The notes beneath the pieces were generated by a model that saw only the letters and a list, made by a program, of their open reading frames with translations, made no database searches and was not told the origin of the DNA. From Selaginella moellendorffii (lineage: Eukaryota > Plantae > Lycopodiophyta): a stretch of 64,000 nt of DNA. The translations under genes were made by a program, and so were the position numbers. The DNA lies in NCBI RefSeq assembly GCF_000143415.4, contig NW_003314276.1, forward strand, positions 2,541,072 to 2,605,071, in the 5' to 3' direction. Position 1 is the first letter of the stretch; the number at the start of each line of letters is the position of its first letter. This document shows, piece by piece, positions 8,783-22,620 of this stretch.

Positions 8783-11700
8783 CACCACCTTTCATCAAAG
8801 CCACCACCAATTCCCGCAACTTCTGCATCCTATGTCTCCTTTCTTTCACCGGACAATCAGGACTCAAGGCTCTGGCATTACTGGACTCGGGTGCAACTTC
8901 CTGCTTCATAGACACGGACTTTGCTGCCCGACATCACGTTCCTCTTTCTCCTACCATACGGGATTTGAGGGTTGAAGGCATCGGCAGGCATTTTGTGTCT
9001 CCATCTTCTGGACTTAGGGAAACATTGCCCGTTCGAGTACACATCGGGTCCACCGTCACCGATATTGCTTTCAACATCATCAACAGCAAGTCCTCCTCTG
9101 TGGTGCTCGGTCTTCCTTAGTTCCAACTACATCAGCCTCAGATCTGTTGGAAGGAATTACAGCTCATCTCTCCCACGGCTTCCCCTGCTGTTCATCGAGT
9201 CCGAATCAGGAAAAGTTCCCTAAACTCAAATCGGGGTTCTGTTCCTGACTCTATAAAGTTTTCACCCTCTTCTTTTTCCTCTCTTCCATCTTACACTGGA
9301 CCGTATTCTCGTCTCATCATTCCATTTAGTCGTACGCCTCCTCCTATCTCCACAATCACTATGAAAGAACTCCTTCATGAAGAACCTCTTTTTCTTTTTG
9401 CTTTGCATGTTTCTCCTGTCAGTCTTCCTGAGAAGTATCATGATTTTGGGGATGTGTTTGATAAGAAAAAAGCTAGTGTACTGCCTGTTCATCGGCCTTA
9501 TGATTGTCCCATTGATTTACAGGAAGGAGCGTCACCTCCGTGGGGGCCTATCTATGGGTTATCCCCGTCCGAGCTTAAGGCCCTCAAAGAGTACGTGGAT
9601 GAGAACCTTGCCTCGGGCTACATTCAGCATTCGCAGTCCCCGGCTGGAGCGCCTGTCTTCTTTGTCAAGAAGAAGGATGGGAGTTTGCGGCTAGTCATCG
9701 ACTACCGAGGTTTGAACAAGGTGACTGTTTGGAACCGTTATCCGCTGCCCCTGATCTCGGACCTGTTGGAACGCCTCGACGGTGCCCGCTTCTTCACCAA
9801 GATCGACCTCCGTGGAGCATACAACCTGATCTGGATAGGTCCTGGTGATGAATGGAAGACTGCGTTCCGAACCTGCTATGGCCACTTCGAGTACACTGTC
9901 ATGCCATTTGGCTTGACAAATGCTCCAGCAATTTTCCAACACATGGCGAACGACGTCTTTCGGGAGTTTCTTGATCAGATGGTGATCGTCTATCTTGATG
10001 ACATCCTCATCTACTCAAAAACTCAGGAGGAGCATGATGAACATGTTCGCAAGGTGCTAGCAAAGCTGCGAAAACACGGCCTATACGCGAAGCTTGAGAA
10101 ATGTTCCTTTGATCAGCAGTCTGTGGAGTTCCTTGGGTACATTGTCACTCCTGAGGGTATCACGATGGATCCTGCCAAAGTCAAGACTATTCTCGAATGG
10201 GAGCCTCCACAATCAATGTCGGACGTTCAGGTTTTCCTTGGCTTCGCCAACTTCTACCGCAAATTCATTGATCACTACTCTGACATTGTCCTTCCTCTCA
10301 CACATCTCAATCGCAAGGATGTTCCCTTCTCTTGGTCTGCTGCTGCCCAGCAGGCCTTCGGCACACTCAAGGCGGCCTTCAGTTCTGCTCCTGTCTTGAT
10401 CCATGCTGATTCCTCACAACCTTTCTTCATCGAGGCTGACGCCTCCGACTTTGCCATTGGTGTTGTGCTGTCTCAACTCGGAGCGGATCATGAACTTCAT
10501 CCGGTCGCTTTCCATTCTCGGAAATTCCAGCCTGCGGAGATCAATTACGAAATCCACGACAAGGAGCTCCTTGCCATCGTGGATTCCTTTGGAGAGTGGC
10601 GCCGTTTCTTGGAGGGGGCGAGCCATCAAACAACAGTCTGGACGGATCACAAAAATCTCGAGTACTTTGCCACTTCCCGAGTTTTAAGCCGTCGTCAAGC
10701 AAGGTGGGCACAATTCCTGAGTCGGTTTGACTTTGTTATCAAGTACAGACCTGGAAAGTTTCAAGGCCTTCCTGATGCTCTTTCAAGGCGCTCCTATCTT
10801 AGTCTCAGGCCTGGTAATCCTGCCTTTGATCAACAGGATCAAGTTATCCTCGGTCCTGATCGGCTTCAAGTTATGGCAATTTCCCTGGCCCCTCAGGACT
10901 CCTCCTTGATGGATGCAATCAGAAGCAATCTTCAATCCGATGATCTCGCTAGCGACATTTTCCCCCATCTTCAGGCTGGACACCCAGTGACTCCCGACTG
11001 CCGGCGATTTGACGAGTTTGAGTTCTTAGATGGCTTATTGTACCGTGGGGAGCAGTTTTACGTTCCTGAAGGTGATGCTCGAAGGTTGGTCCTGATGGCA
11101 TGCCACAATAGCCCGACTGCTGGTCACTTCGGCATTGCGAAAACCTATGAGCTAGTTGCACGGGACTTTTGGTGGCCTCACATGGACGACTACATCAAAG
11201 CTTTTGTTACCTCCTGTGACACTTGTGCCCGGAATAAGGTACCTCACCACTTTCCTTCAGGTTTGCTTCGTTCCCTTCCGGTCCCTTCAGGTCCTTGGGA
11301 ATCCATCTCTATGGATTTCTTGAGTGATCTTCCGAGTTCTGGAGGCTTCAACAGCATTTTAGTCGTGGTGGATCGCTTCACAAAGATGGCGCACTTCTTG
11401 CCATGTACCAAGGAGTTTTCGGGCGAGGACATGGCAAAACTGGTATTCAGGGAAATTTTCCGACTTCATGGGATTCCTACAGATGTGGTTTCGGATCGGG
11501 GGCCTCAGTTCATCTCTCATTTCTGGCAACGGTTTTTGCAGTTGCTTGGAGTGAAGGCCAACCTCTCTTCGGCATATCATCCTCAAACTGATGGGCAGTC
11601 CGAGCGAACGATTCAGACGTTGGAACAATTCTTGAGGTGCTTCATCAACTATCATCAGGATAACTGGTTCGATATCCTAACTCTTGCTGAGTTCTCCTAT

Positions 11701-12456
11701 AACAACTCTGTTCACTCCTCTCTTCGAGTTTCCCCCTTCTTTGCAAACTCTGGCCGAAATCCCCGATTCAATCTCTCACTTCCTTCTCCATCTGAATCCT
11801 CTCGTTCAAATCCCCGCTCTGAGGCATTTATCTCCAACCTCCAGGAAATCCACAACTCCATCTCCTTCCACCTCCATCGTGCTCAGGAATTTCATAAAAC
11901 ATTTGCCAATGTCCATCGTCAGGATTGTCCCCCTTACAATATCGGGGATAAAGTCTGGCTCCTCAGGTGAAATATCTCCACCACCAGGCCCTGTCCAAAA
12001 CTCGATTTCAAATGCCTTGGTCCTTTCCCTATCACTGCCATCATTAATCCTGTCACTTATCACCTTGCACTTCCCTCCTCATATCAAATTCACCCCGTTT
12101 TTCACTCCTCTCTCCTTGAGCCTTATATTCCCAGTCCTATTCCAAATCGGGTCATTCCTCCGCCTCCACCAGTGCAGCTCGAGGATGGGTCTGAGTACGA
12201 GGTTCAGGACATCCTTGATTCCAAGATTTCACGGTCTAAACTCTACTATCTGGTGGACTGGAAGGGTTACAGACCTGAGGAACGCACTTGGGAACCTGCA
12301 AACAACCTGCTTCATTCTCCTGACCTTGTTCAGGACTTCCACCACCGCTATCCTTCTCGTCCCAGTCCTCATTCTTTTTCTCCATCTCCCATCCCTCGCC
12401 GCTCATCTCATCCTCCTCTTCGTTCTCGTTCACATCCTCATTCCACTCGTTCTTGA
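8698..12456 (+). pseudogene. B1 pol (PR-RT-RH-IN-chromodomain), one frame with stops at 9118 and 11968
   Basis: LLDSGA; YLDD; ADASD; uninterrupted SSAYHPQTDGQSER; GPF; YEVQDILD..YLVDWKGY..TWEP. Confidence 0.93.
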
Positions 12457-12467
12457 GGAGGGGGTGC
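12455..12467 (+). promoter_or_regulatory. Polypurine tract of B1
   Basis: GAGGAGGGGGTGC directly before TGTCA. Confidence 0.85.
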
Positions 12468-12854
12468 TGTCAGGAATCCCCCAATTCTTGCCACATTCCT
12501 GACTCTCGCCGGATTCCTGACCTGCAGACCACATTCCTGACTCTCGAGACACTTCCTTATTCTTGACTCTCGAGACACTTTCCTATTCCTGACTCTCGAG
12601 ACACTTCCCGATTCCTGAGTCTCGAGCCACATTCCTGATGATGATGTGGCGCCTCCTCGACCTCAGCTATATTTAGGCCGTCCTCGATCCAAGAGTGGTG
12701 GAGCTTCATCAACCTATAGTATATATAGGTTAGCCTTGTTCCATTTCTCCACAATCTGAATCAACATCAGTCTAAGGCTTCTTCTTTGTTTTCACTAGCT
12801 TTTTCTCTTTGTCTTTAGCATTTTCCAGTCTTGATCTTGTTGGGGGTCTTGACA
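12468..12854 (+). repeat. 3' LTR of B1 (387 bp) with ~25-nt U3 repeats and TATA box at 12720-12727
   Basis: TGTCAGGA..TCTTGACA; repeated TTCCTGACTCTCGAGACAC. Confidence 0.95.
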
Positions 12855-12859
12855 GTCCG

Positions 12860-15800
12860 TAGCTATTTAGCACAGCACTAGTGGATCCTTCCTAGGCATG
12901 ATTACAAGTGAATCAATCAAGATTGTAGGGATTAGTCTATTGATTCAAGTAATCATTGTTGTGCTCTCTTATAAACTTTTCTTGGATTGGACTGAAGGCA
13001 GTGCAAAAACAAGCTTGAGGTTTAGTCAAAGATGAGATCGAAAAGAGAGTCGTTAAGGATGAAGGATCAAACATGTAAATCATTTCCTCTTCTTGAAAAG
13101 ATGATTTGCAACGAGGTGTTAACTCATTGCTTGTGTTCACATTATGCAATCAAGAGTCCCTATCTTGATGCATGTTGGAAATGATGGTCTTACAAATGGT
13201 GAGTTGTGGGATGGATAGCAGTGAAGTGTCAAACCATTTTGTCTAGGCTTACTATAAAAAGAATTGGTTTGCAATGCTCAATTTTTTTCCGGGGAACCTT
13301 GCTATTGCTCCTTGAGTAGCTTAGTGTTGGATTAGTGTTAAGTTTGGTCGGAAAAAGAGTGGCATGAGTTTGTCTGTGTTGTAAACAAAAGTTAGTGGTA
13401 TTAAGTATTGTAAATCTCTATTAGTAGAGTGGGGCATTTATGTTGCAATTTGTCGAATTGAGTTGGCACTTGATATTCACATAAACCTTTGAAGTAGTGA
13501 CATAGGTGTTGCTTGTAATATTGCTTAATTGATGATCAAGTCATTGTGATTTTATATCATATCCATATGATAATGAACAATGTGTTTATGAAGTTACTTG
13601 GTTAAACGATGATCAACCCCAAAGTGGTTGATGGTGAAGCTAGTCTATTTGCACATAGTAGCATTGTACTAACTTTGACTAGTTCTCAATAATGATCTAT
13701 GATATATTAAGCTTAAATTGGTATGTTGTCTCCTTGAGAGTTTGCCCAGGGGTTGGAAAAGGGTTGTAACATTCATTTGCTATAGCTCATCGGTTGATCC
13801 GTTAACACTTGGAGTAGATTATTGGATGGAGAAGGTGTGTAGTTGAGGCATTGACATCGCTAGCACTTGTGTTAGTGGAAGTGGCATTGTTGTTTCGAGT
13901 GATAAGGAATTTTCCTTAGAACTTGATTTTCCATGTCATTTTTCTTGTTGGTGTTTTGGCTTCACATTGGATCTTGAAGGTGGTTGAAGAAGAGTGTTAG
14001 TGCAATGTGAATGTCTAAAGATATGGTCTTCGTGATCAAGTTTTAGATGTTCATTTTGCATTTTGCGAATATCAATATTAGATGTCAGAAGTATGGGCAA
14101 AAAGATGTTTAAGACTTAAACATACTATGGGTCATGAGAATTTGTGTTGAGGTGAACCTATGTGAAGTTGTTAGTAGGAGGAAGTTGGTTGAGTCTTGAA
14201 AGTTTGCATTCCTAGACTGAGAGTCATTCTTTCTCTAGGATGGAAAATTTTCCACAAATTTTTTTAGGCTTTTCAAATGGCTGATCTATTGGTTAGTTTG
14301 CCCGAAAACCATTCCATTTTCGTAAATCAATACAAACTAATGAAAGGGTTGGAGTTGACTTCGGTTAACTTAGAACTTAGTAGGTAGTTGTAGGATGCGA
14401 CCTGAAAAGGGATGTTGACTTTTGGGGCTAAGACAATTGAGTTGGATAGAGTATATAGAAAAGTGGCCGTTGTGCTTTTCTAAGAAAGGTGACCTTTGTG
14501 CCTTTCTTTTATAGTATTGTGCTTGGTGGCAGATTGCATCTTGCATTTCGTTAGACTTTATGAGAGTAGTGAGCTCTCACTGATCTTGACTTAGTCTTGG
14601 TAACCCTACGCCTTGGCTGAGGATAGTGATGTCCAACTTAGTTGTTTAATGTGGAGATGTTGATACCCATACTAAAGCTTTGTCTATAAGGAGGTTGTGT
14701 ACCGATATGAGTTCATATCATGGTCTTCACTTTAGTTTCAACTGAGTGTTGATCATGTATAGCTAGCCTCTTCAAGGCATACTCAGAGCTAGTGGCTAAA
14801 TGCATTGGTGAACTTATCGTGGTTGAGTTGGATTCGAGTGGTCATTTAGTTCATGCTTGTCCATGAACCTTTATTTTGTACCTGGGGCATTACGTTCATG
14901 TTGGACAAGCATATGACTTGATGACAAGAGTTTTGTGTTTGGGTCTTGTGAAGGCAAGTTGAAGGGTGATTGTTAGTTGCTTTTCGATTAATGATTGCTT
15001 GTAGACTTTGTTGAAGATTCTTTAACACTTGCTTTGCTCGATGATGATTTAGCAGTGATGGGCTTGCTTTACTAGATGGTGTTGTGGAGGATCGTGTTGT
15101 TAGATTTACATGGGTTTTCCCTATTGGCATGTCGGCTCTACCTCTGTTGATATCATTTGGTTGCGTTTAGTTCATAGTGTTGGATTTCATTGAGTCTTGG
15201 GTGTGGTGATTCACTCCTTGATGAAGTGTTATCTATAACTGAGTATTGTTGAAGAACTTGTCTCGGATATTGGGTAAAGTATCTTTGACTTTAGTTAGTT
15301 TAGTTGCTGGAGAGCTTTGAGTAATGATTCACTCTTGCTTTCTTCTAGTTTTGTTATGGTGTTGATGACATTGAAGTGATGCTTTGTCATTGACATTATT
15401 GATGTTGAGATTCAAGTGGAATGAGATGTCTCTCTATAGAATTAATATTAAGTTTTATTAGTCTCGATGAAGATAGTGTTGATGATTTGGCTATAGCTTT
15501 GTGTTATTGGCATGTGTACAATTGCTAGTTAGCAACTGTATTGACGTTCAAACAAGTTGAGTGGCAAGTTTGAGTTAGTTGTGTTCTAGACGAGATTATT
15601 TAGTAGAGGTTGAGCTTTAGTTTTTCCTTGAAAAGTGATTTAGTCATAGACTACGCTAACTTTATAAGAGGAAGAGTTAGTGATTGATATTGGAATGTTT
15701 GAATCCTTGTTGGATTTAAGTTGGAATATAATGATAAGTGATGATTCTTCTTGTGCTTGTTATGACGTGAGTTACGTCTTGCTATAAATAGAGTCATGGA

Positions 15801-18571
15801 GGATCGTTTGGTGATCACTTGTTGAGCATAGCTTCATTATGCTTAGTTTTTGGATTGATGCAGATATGCTCTTCATTAGCTTTACATTATGAAGTTTAGC
15901 TTCTGGATGTGTTGAGGAGGATACTGTGGGTTATACCATGATTTTTTCTTTAGCATTGAAGTTAGTTGATGTGAGACTCGTGATCATTATTAGGCAAGAT
16001 TTGGCTATAGGCTTCTTCGAGTTTTTGGTTCTTTGAGTTTTATGCTTATTGTTCCATTTGTTATGAGTTGTTGGGGAAGGCATTTTAGCTCATTAGCTTC
16101 GATGTTGAAGTTGGCTCTTGCATCTAGCAATCATTGGTGATGATTGACTATCATCTAAGATAGTTGATTATCCTTATTAAAAGGTTTTACTTGATTATTA
16201 TTGATATAGACCGAGTTGCCATTCTTCGGGATGGTAGATTCTTTCTTCAATAATGATTTTGCATCTCTTTATTGATGGGATGGTTGATAATCTTTCATGA
16301 TGGTTAGTTGTTCTCTTTGATGGCTTTTGGCTTTTTGCAATACCACATGTTCTTTGTGGTTTGCTTTGGATTAGTTTCTTGGGTTTGAGACATCACTAGG
16401 ATGTTGCTGCTACTTGCTTGAGCAACTCTGGTTCCTTAGTATTCTTGACCAGGATCTATTCAGATTCGCTAATGCAATAGTTAGCATGAACAAATGTTTG
16501 TTGGTTTTACCACATTCATTTTGTTTTATTGATTATTGTTCAAGTTAATTCTGATTGATTGGGATGTTATTTCCTTTGGGTGATACATTCACGAGCATTG
16601 TGTTTATCAGTCAATGATACTTTGTGTTCTTTGAGTTCTCTTTACTAAGTTGGTTGGCATACTATCTGCCATCTTCACTAATTTAGTTTCATCATTAGGT
16701 TTCCTTGATGATATATTTGCTATTGAATTTTGTTGGATGGTAAATCCTATGTTTCCAACTATTGTGATCTTGGTGGTTCCTATACTCTAATATTGGTTTA
16801 TTGGATGATAACTTACTTGGAATACTTTTGTGTTCTAATGTAACATATATTCACTGATAATTAAGTCTCTCAGATACCATTATTCATGACTTTGATATTG
16901 TCCATCTATTGATCTTTGAGTTTGGGCCAGTATAGGCAGACTGACTTTGGCACTTCATGTGTATGGTGAAATCTCTAGTCATGGGGTAGCTATTGTCGAC
17001 TGGTCACATCACCCGCCTCTCTGTTGATGTTCTTTATTCCGTTTAAAAGGGTGTGACCATGTAAACAACCCTAACTACCTGTTTACAGTAGTCTATCTAA
17101 ACCTTACCAATGGGTTTGGTTTCTTTGCTCAGGAAGGTTGGGGCCTCTAGCTTCTCTTTCTATGTTCCTGCGGGCAGGGGCATATCACAATTTTGTAAGT
17201 TGGGTGACTCCCAGAGTAGCAAGGGTGGTTGACTCCATTAGTCATTTCCTTGTCAACGATGGCCGAAAGGTTTCTGAGCTGGTAGCGCATTTGTGTTAGA
17301 CAAAGAGGTTGCCTCCTACCTCATTTAAGTTGGTGCATTTCTCACATAGTGTGAGTACCGTGAACTTTTTTTGGAGTTGTTTCCTTGGTGTATTCTAGAC
17401 TCGAGTATGCATCGACAAGGACGTCGATCTTCCCAAGGGGGGGAGAGTGTCGTGAATGTGACTTCAGGTATCAAAAGTTACCTGTCGGCTAGTCCTTTTG
17501 GATATTCTTTTCTTACTACCATGATGGTAGGAGGTCGGTATTGTTTGACCTGTTATCAGTTCCCACTTGAGCTAGTTGAGAAACTGGTCAATGACCGTGC
17601 ACTTAAATCAGATAAACATAAGGTAGGAACCTTATGTGTTTCTTGTTGAGCATACTTGGCCTGGTTTTGATAAACTCTTGTTATTAGCTTGCACTTGCTA
17701 GTATCATGAACCCCTACAATATTGAGATTGGTCCCTCAATATCGCTCGATGATAGTTTACCGTGTCTGCTAAACACCCTTGCTATCATGCCCTTAGCATT
17801 AGTCTCAATTCAGTCCCAAATGCTATTTATGGAAAGTGTTCAGATTTGCTCATTTGGCATATCTATGGAATGTAGAGATTGGCCTGAACACAATGGTGTT
17901 CGTTCTGTGTCCACATTCGCAATTTTGTGCCATTCCATATCTAGTAAGTTTCGAGCTTGTCCCAGAAACTAACTCCTGATACTAGGGGCGGCTTGGGGTG
18001 AAAGCCCAAAGCATGTGTTCCTCAAGGGGGGGCAACTGTAGGGGGTTCCAAATGTATAGTAGGGATAGTGGGTAGGTTGGCATGGCCGACCAACTTGAGA
18101 CATAATCTAGCTCTAGCTTGCGTGCCTTTCCTTGTTCTGTGTGCGACTTGGGTCTAAACCCAAGTTCCATTCTATGCTAGTTGGTGGAATACCCATGTCC
18201 TTGCGTTAGGCCACCAATATGTCGAAATAGTGCCAGACTCCGTTTGCCTCTGTTTTGCGTGTTGGTCTTGGCAAAGGGATGTTGGTTGCTCTAGGACTGT
18301 TCCAAGTCACTCCAGACCCCCGTCCCTTTGCTCCTTGGGCTATGCTTGGGAGTTGCTCCTGGTCCGGTTCCATTATTCCTTGGCTCCATGCTTGGGAGTT
18401 TGGCACCGTTCCTTCGTTAAGTGGCCCAAGGCCTTGAAACTCGGGTTCCACACCACAGTCCTTTGGACATGTGGCATGTGACACGTGGCACTAAAAGGGT
18501 TTAGGTTCCGCTTTGTGGTTATCCTATGGTAAATCACCATAGGATAAAGGGTCAAAACCACGTGTGCTACA
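12860..18571 (+). mobile_element. Family F: decayed non-coding (LARD-like) LTR element, internal region plus 3' LTR 17448-18571
   Basis: PPT AAGGGGGGGAGAG at 17435-17447, then TGTCG..CTACA; internal homology to 59645-61347 and 62470-64000; left boundary unclear. Confidence 0.7.
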
Positions 18572-21334
18572 GTATCCAAGTAGGTAGTGCCACCCACACT
18601 TAGATTGGAAGCATCAACTATTTTGATTTTCTGAAGGAGCTAAAACTAGCATTTGAACACTTCACTAAATTACCTTATTCATCTATCTATATTCACTTTA
18701 GCCTTGGACTCCTCAATGGTAATATCATCACCCATCACATAGGTATATCCTTCCTTGGTCACATTGGTCTTTCTTGGCCAAATGGGCTCTATTGTGTAAG
18801 GAACTAACTCCCCAAGACTAAGTTCAAGACTAAGTCTAGGACCAAGTTCAAGACCAAGTCCGAGATCCAAGATCGGGTCCGAGACCAAGTTTGAGACCAA
18901 GTGTGAGGTCGGGTTTAAGATCAAGTCCGAGATCAAGTCCAAGACAGAGTCCGAGGTTAAGTTCAAAATTGAGTCCAAAACCGAGTCCGAAACCGAGTCC
19001 AAATATTAATACAGATCATGGGGTGAAAGCCTAAAGTGTTTGTCCCAATCAGGGGGGGGGGGGGGGGGGGGGAAGGGCAACCGCCGCCAGGGGTGCTGCC
19101 AGGTATTCTAAAAATATAGTAGGGATAGGGGATGGTTCAAAATTGAGTTGGGGTCCCAAGTTGGGTTCAATTTCGCCCAAGTCAACTTAAGTCAACATGG
19201 GCAATTAAAAGTCTTTTAAAGGAAATCTAAATTGAATAAATGAAGATTCTAGAAAACTTTAAAAAATTTAAATATATAAGTATCCAAATTAAAAGTTTCT
19301 ATAAAATTGAACTGTTTAAAAAAAACAAAGGTCATAAAAACCTATCTTTTATAAACCCATAACATTTTTTTATGACCACCATTATAGCTGCCCAATTTTG
19401 ATTTGACCACCTAAAATTTTGAAAACTTTTACCGCTGTAAAAAAACTTCCTTCCTTCAAAAAAAATTTTAGGGTTCTTGAAAAAATGGGAAGCCAGGAAA
19501 ATACCAAATTTTTGAGTAAAAATTTTAGTGTAAAGGAATATGAAAATGTTAATTTTGTTTCCTTACCACAATTTTTATATTACACCCCCAGGCCTTATTA
19601 CCCATTTGGGAATGTAGAAACCCCTATCACCATTGATAAAAATGCTTTTATTACTTCTGAAACAATATTCCCGAATAAGAAAAATGAAAAAATGAATAGC
19701 ATAGCGGAAAGCCCAAGAAATGTACTCCATAAAACTTTCTATGACATTTGTAATTTAAATATTAATTCATATTAAAAACTCTATTGCTTGCCTATATTGC
19801 AATCCTCTCATATGATAAGACCAAGGTATATTTTTACAGTGAATCCTCATTAAAAAATTTCAGGAGTTGTTTGTGAATAATAATAAAATAAATCAAAATA
19901 TTTCAAAAGACTCAAAAGTAATATCACATCAAAGAATTAACTTTATCTACATTTCTAATATTGAAATGCAATCTCACACAAGAGAATGGCTGCGTATCAA
20001 TGTGCTCTACCACTATAATGTGGTCTATATTTTCTTGTAGTCTATTTCCCTAGACATTTGGCATGTGTAGAAAAGAATATATGTGTAGTAAAGTAAGATT
20101 TCATCATAATAATAGAGTATGTGTATACACGATAATCTAAAATTCTAGAAGCTCTTATGTTTACAATCAATCTATGATTATGAAGCCCTATTTCCAAGAC
20201 TGACATTTAAAGAATCTGAGTATTGTCAGTGTCATAATAAATAAACCTTATTCCCAAGACTAAAACTGAGTATATAAACTATCTAGAAAAGTTATAATCA
20301 ACATAGTTTTTTTGTTTTCCTTGAGCTCCTTGGAAATTTGTATTGAAATGGCTCAAAAAAAGTCATTGCTACTCGTATTTGGCCCCGTAGCATTTCATAT
20401 CAATCTCCACCTTCATTCCCAAGTTCTACCAACATTCCACCTTCACCTCCACATAATAATACTTTTTCTGCTAAGGGCTCTAGTGAAGCTAAATTAAAGC
20501 TCCCTATATATGAGATTTTGGATCTTGCTACTAGAGAGGGATTGCTTCCAGCACTTCAAGAGCAATACTACATGTTTTTGCAAGATCTTGCTTCTGATAT
20601 GGCAAAACTACTTGAAAGCACTGAATACTATTACATTTGGTGTCCAATATATCTTTTTCTTGGATAAGACAAATGGCTTTATGGGTTCACAAACTTTTCT
20701 TGAGCACTATAGCAATTGCCCAATGGCGGGTCTGGAAAATATGCATATGTGGATATACAATAGATTCAAGAATGAGTTACGAACACATACCCACTATTAC
20801 TTTATAGTGAGGAATAATATCCCCTTGGGAAACACTATATTAACTAGTGCAAAATATAGGGTTTTTAGGCCACCCTATAGTGGAATGTAAGATCTAAAAT
20901 TACTTTACTATACTATAGTATTATCACTTTTAAAAGAAAAAATATAATAAAATGATATTAGTTTTATAACATACTTTGTTTTAGAAGGTGCTATCATATC
21001 ACATATAATTGTTTACAAGGTGTTGAAGGAGGAGATGGTAACACACAAGCACTAAAAAGTGATAGTGACAGGTGAGAATGATAATTTACAATTATGATAT
21101 CTAACACTGACATCTAACACTTTCATTGATATTTGATATATAACAAATTTTTCATTATATATAAGGATGCAATTAACTTTCTTTTGCCTCATCATCAACA
21201 TGTTGATTTCTTTTATGCTTCCTCCTATATTGGTATTGTAGGGAAAATTCACCTTGCATATTTGAGCCATGGCTTCTGCATAGTTAGGGAGACTTCCAAA
21301 GCCTCTAATTCTAGAAACTCCAGGTGATTGTGAT

Positions 21335-22620
21335 CTATGAAACAGAACTAAATATATATTAAAATTTTAATAGACATAATTTACCTCTTTGAGGTTGGAA
21401 GCAACTCATGAAATCCTTTGAGCTGGCATTTGAAGAAATGATGTTCTTCAATAGCAAACACCAACTTACTAGAGTCATGTGTTACCTCCACTATAGAACT
21501 GCTACCTGCTGTGCAATCAATCACAACACCAACTGGTGGGCAATAGAGCTTAAGCAAAACTTGCATCACCAATGGAGTTTGAAATCAACACCCTGGAAAT
21601 GTGTTGCGGATCTGTTCATCCAGAAGGTTGGGTATGATGTTAGTGGAACTATCGTACCCAGACAAAACACATGTTACACATTTGCTATCATGAAACCCAT
21701 CATGTGTGTTTCTACAGAAGGTATGATAGGTCTACATCATAACCTGGAAAATAAAAAAGTTCAAAAATTAGATAAAAATACAAAATATATACTCACCTTT
21801 TCAGGCTTCTCTTGGATGCCCTTTATATTGACACCAATAGGATCCATAATGCACCCGAATGAGAATGACTTTAATGAACTTCTGCTGCATACATCATAAG
21901 CTCATATATTCAGTTGGGGTCATTCGGTAAGATGAAGATGATATGGCCAACTTCGAACATAAGTGCTTCAGACAAGAGGAATGTATTGCTCTTTTGCTTA
22001 CCTCGAGGTTGATATGATATTTTGTGAACCACTTAATCATTGTTACTTATTGGTGGAATCTGATCTGGATCTTGGTTGTTTGATGGTTGAACTAGAGCTT
22101 GATTTTGTCTATCTGGTGGTGGAATGCAAACTTGATATGGAGCTTCCTCATCCTCATCTCTATCATCACTTGCATTATCATCATTGTCAACATTGATAAC
22201 TTCTTTTTGGTCTAGTGTAGAGGTTTCCTTCCCTAGGAGCTTTAACTTCCAGGGGCAATTTATCTTCTGTGCTTTTAGAATTCTTGCAAACATTGTTGGG
22301 TACATTCCTCTATCCCTTACACCTTTTGCAACAAGTCGAGTGTAAATTGGTGCCTTAAATGGCATGCCTCTATATCAAAGATACTTGTAAATAATATATA
22401 ATTAAAAAAAAATTTAGAAATCATGTTATACCTATAAGTTGTATGTTGCATGAAATAAGGCTGACCATATTGGCAATCATAAATTGTTGTGCTTATAGAC
22501 TTCTCAGGCAGCCAGCCCTCTTTAATCCCTTCTAATGATGTGTTAATGTAGGTGTCAAAAGAATGTGCCATTTGGATTGTCACCAATGTGTGGTGCCAAG
22601 AACTTCTCACCTTTACTTAT
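21335..22620 (-). pseudogene. Decayed multi-exon passenger gene with amino-(N6A/N4C) DNA methyltransferase-like motifs; probably extends further on both sides
   Basis: FQTPLVMQVLLKLYCPPVGVVIDCTAGSSS...VFAIE resembles QKP..LI...S..G..VLDPF.GSGT...IGIE; GT-AG introns at 21335-21384 and 21744-21796. Confidence 0.45.

Larger units (their letters stand above)
1..12854 (+). mobile_element. Family B copy 1: Tcn1/Tf1-like chromovirus (Ty3/Gypsy), 5' LTR cut by window edge, interrupted by family A copy 1
   Basis: 1-120 matches 12735-12854 (about 2 mismatches). gag, PR, RT (YLDD), RNase H, integrase and chromodomain occur in Gypsy order. A PPT precedes the 3' LTR. Confidence 0.95.

Noticed and set aside
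11684-12502. 272-aa overlapping ORF in B1
   Set aside because: Alternate frame of integrase with no recognisable motif; shorter in B2
19052-19071. Poly-G run as a G-quadruplex element
   Set aside because: Length-variable homopolymer of the A LTR (also 933-943 and ~53726-53748); no evidence of function and prone to sequencing error
19419-20890. AT-rich ORFs near the left MULE end
   Set aside because: No recognisable motifs; cannot be distinguished from chance or antisense frames
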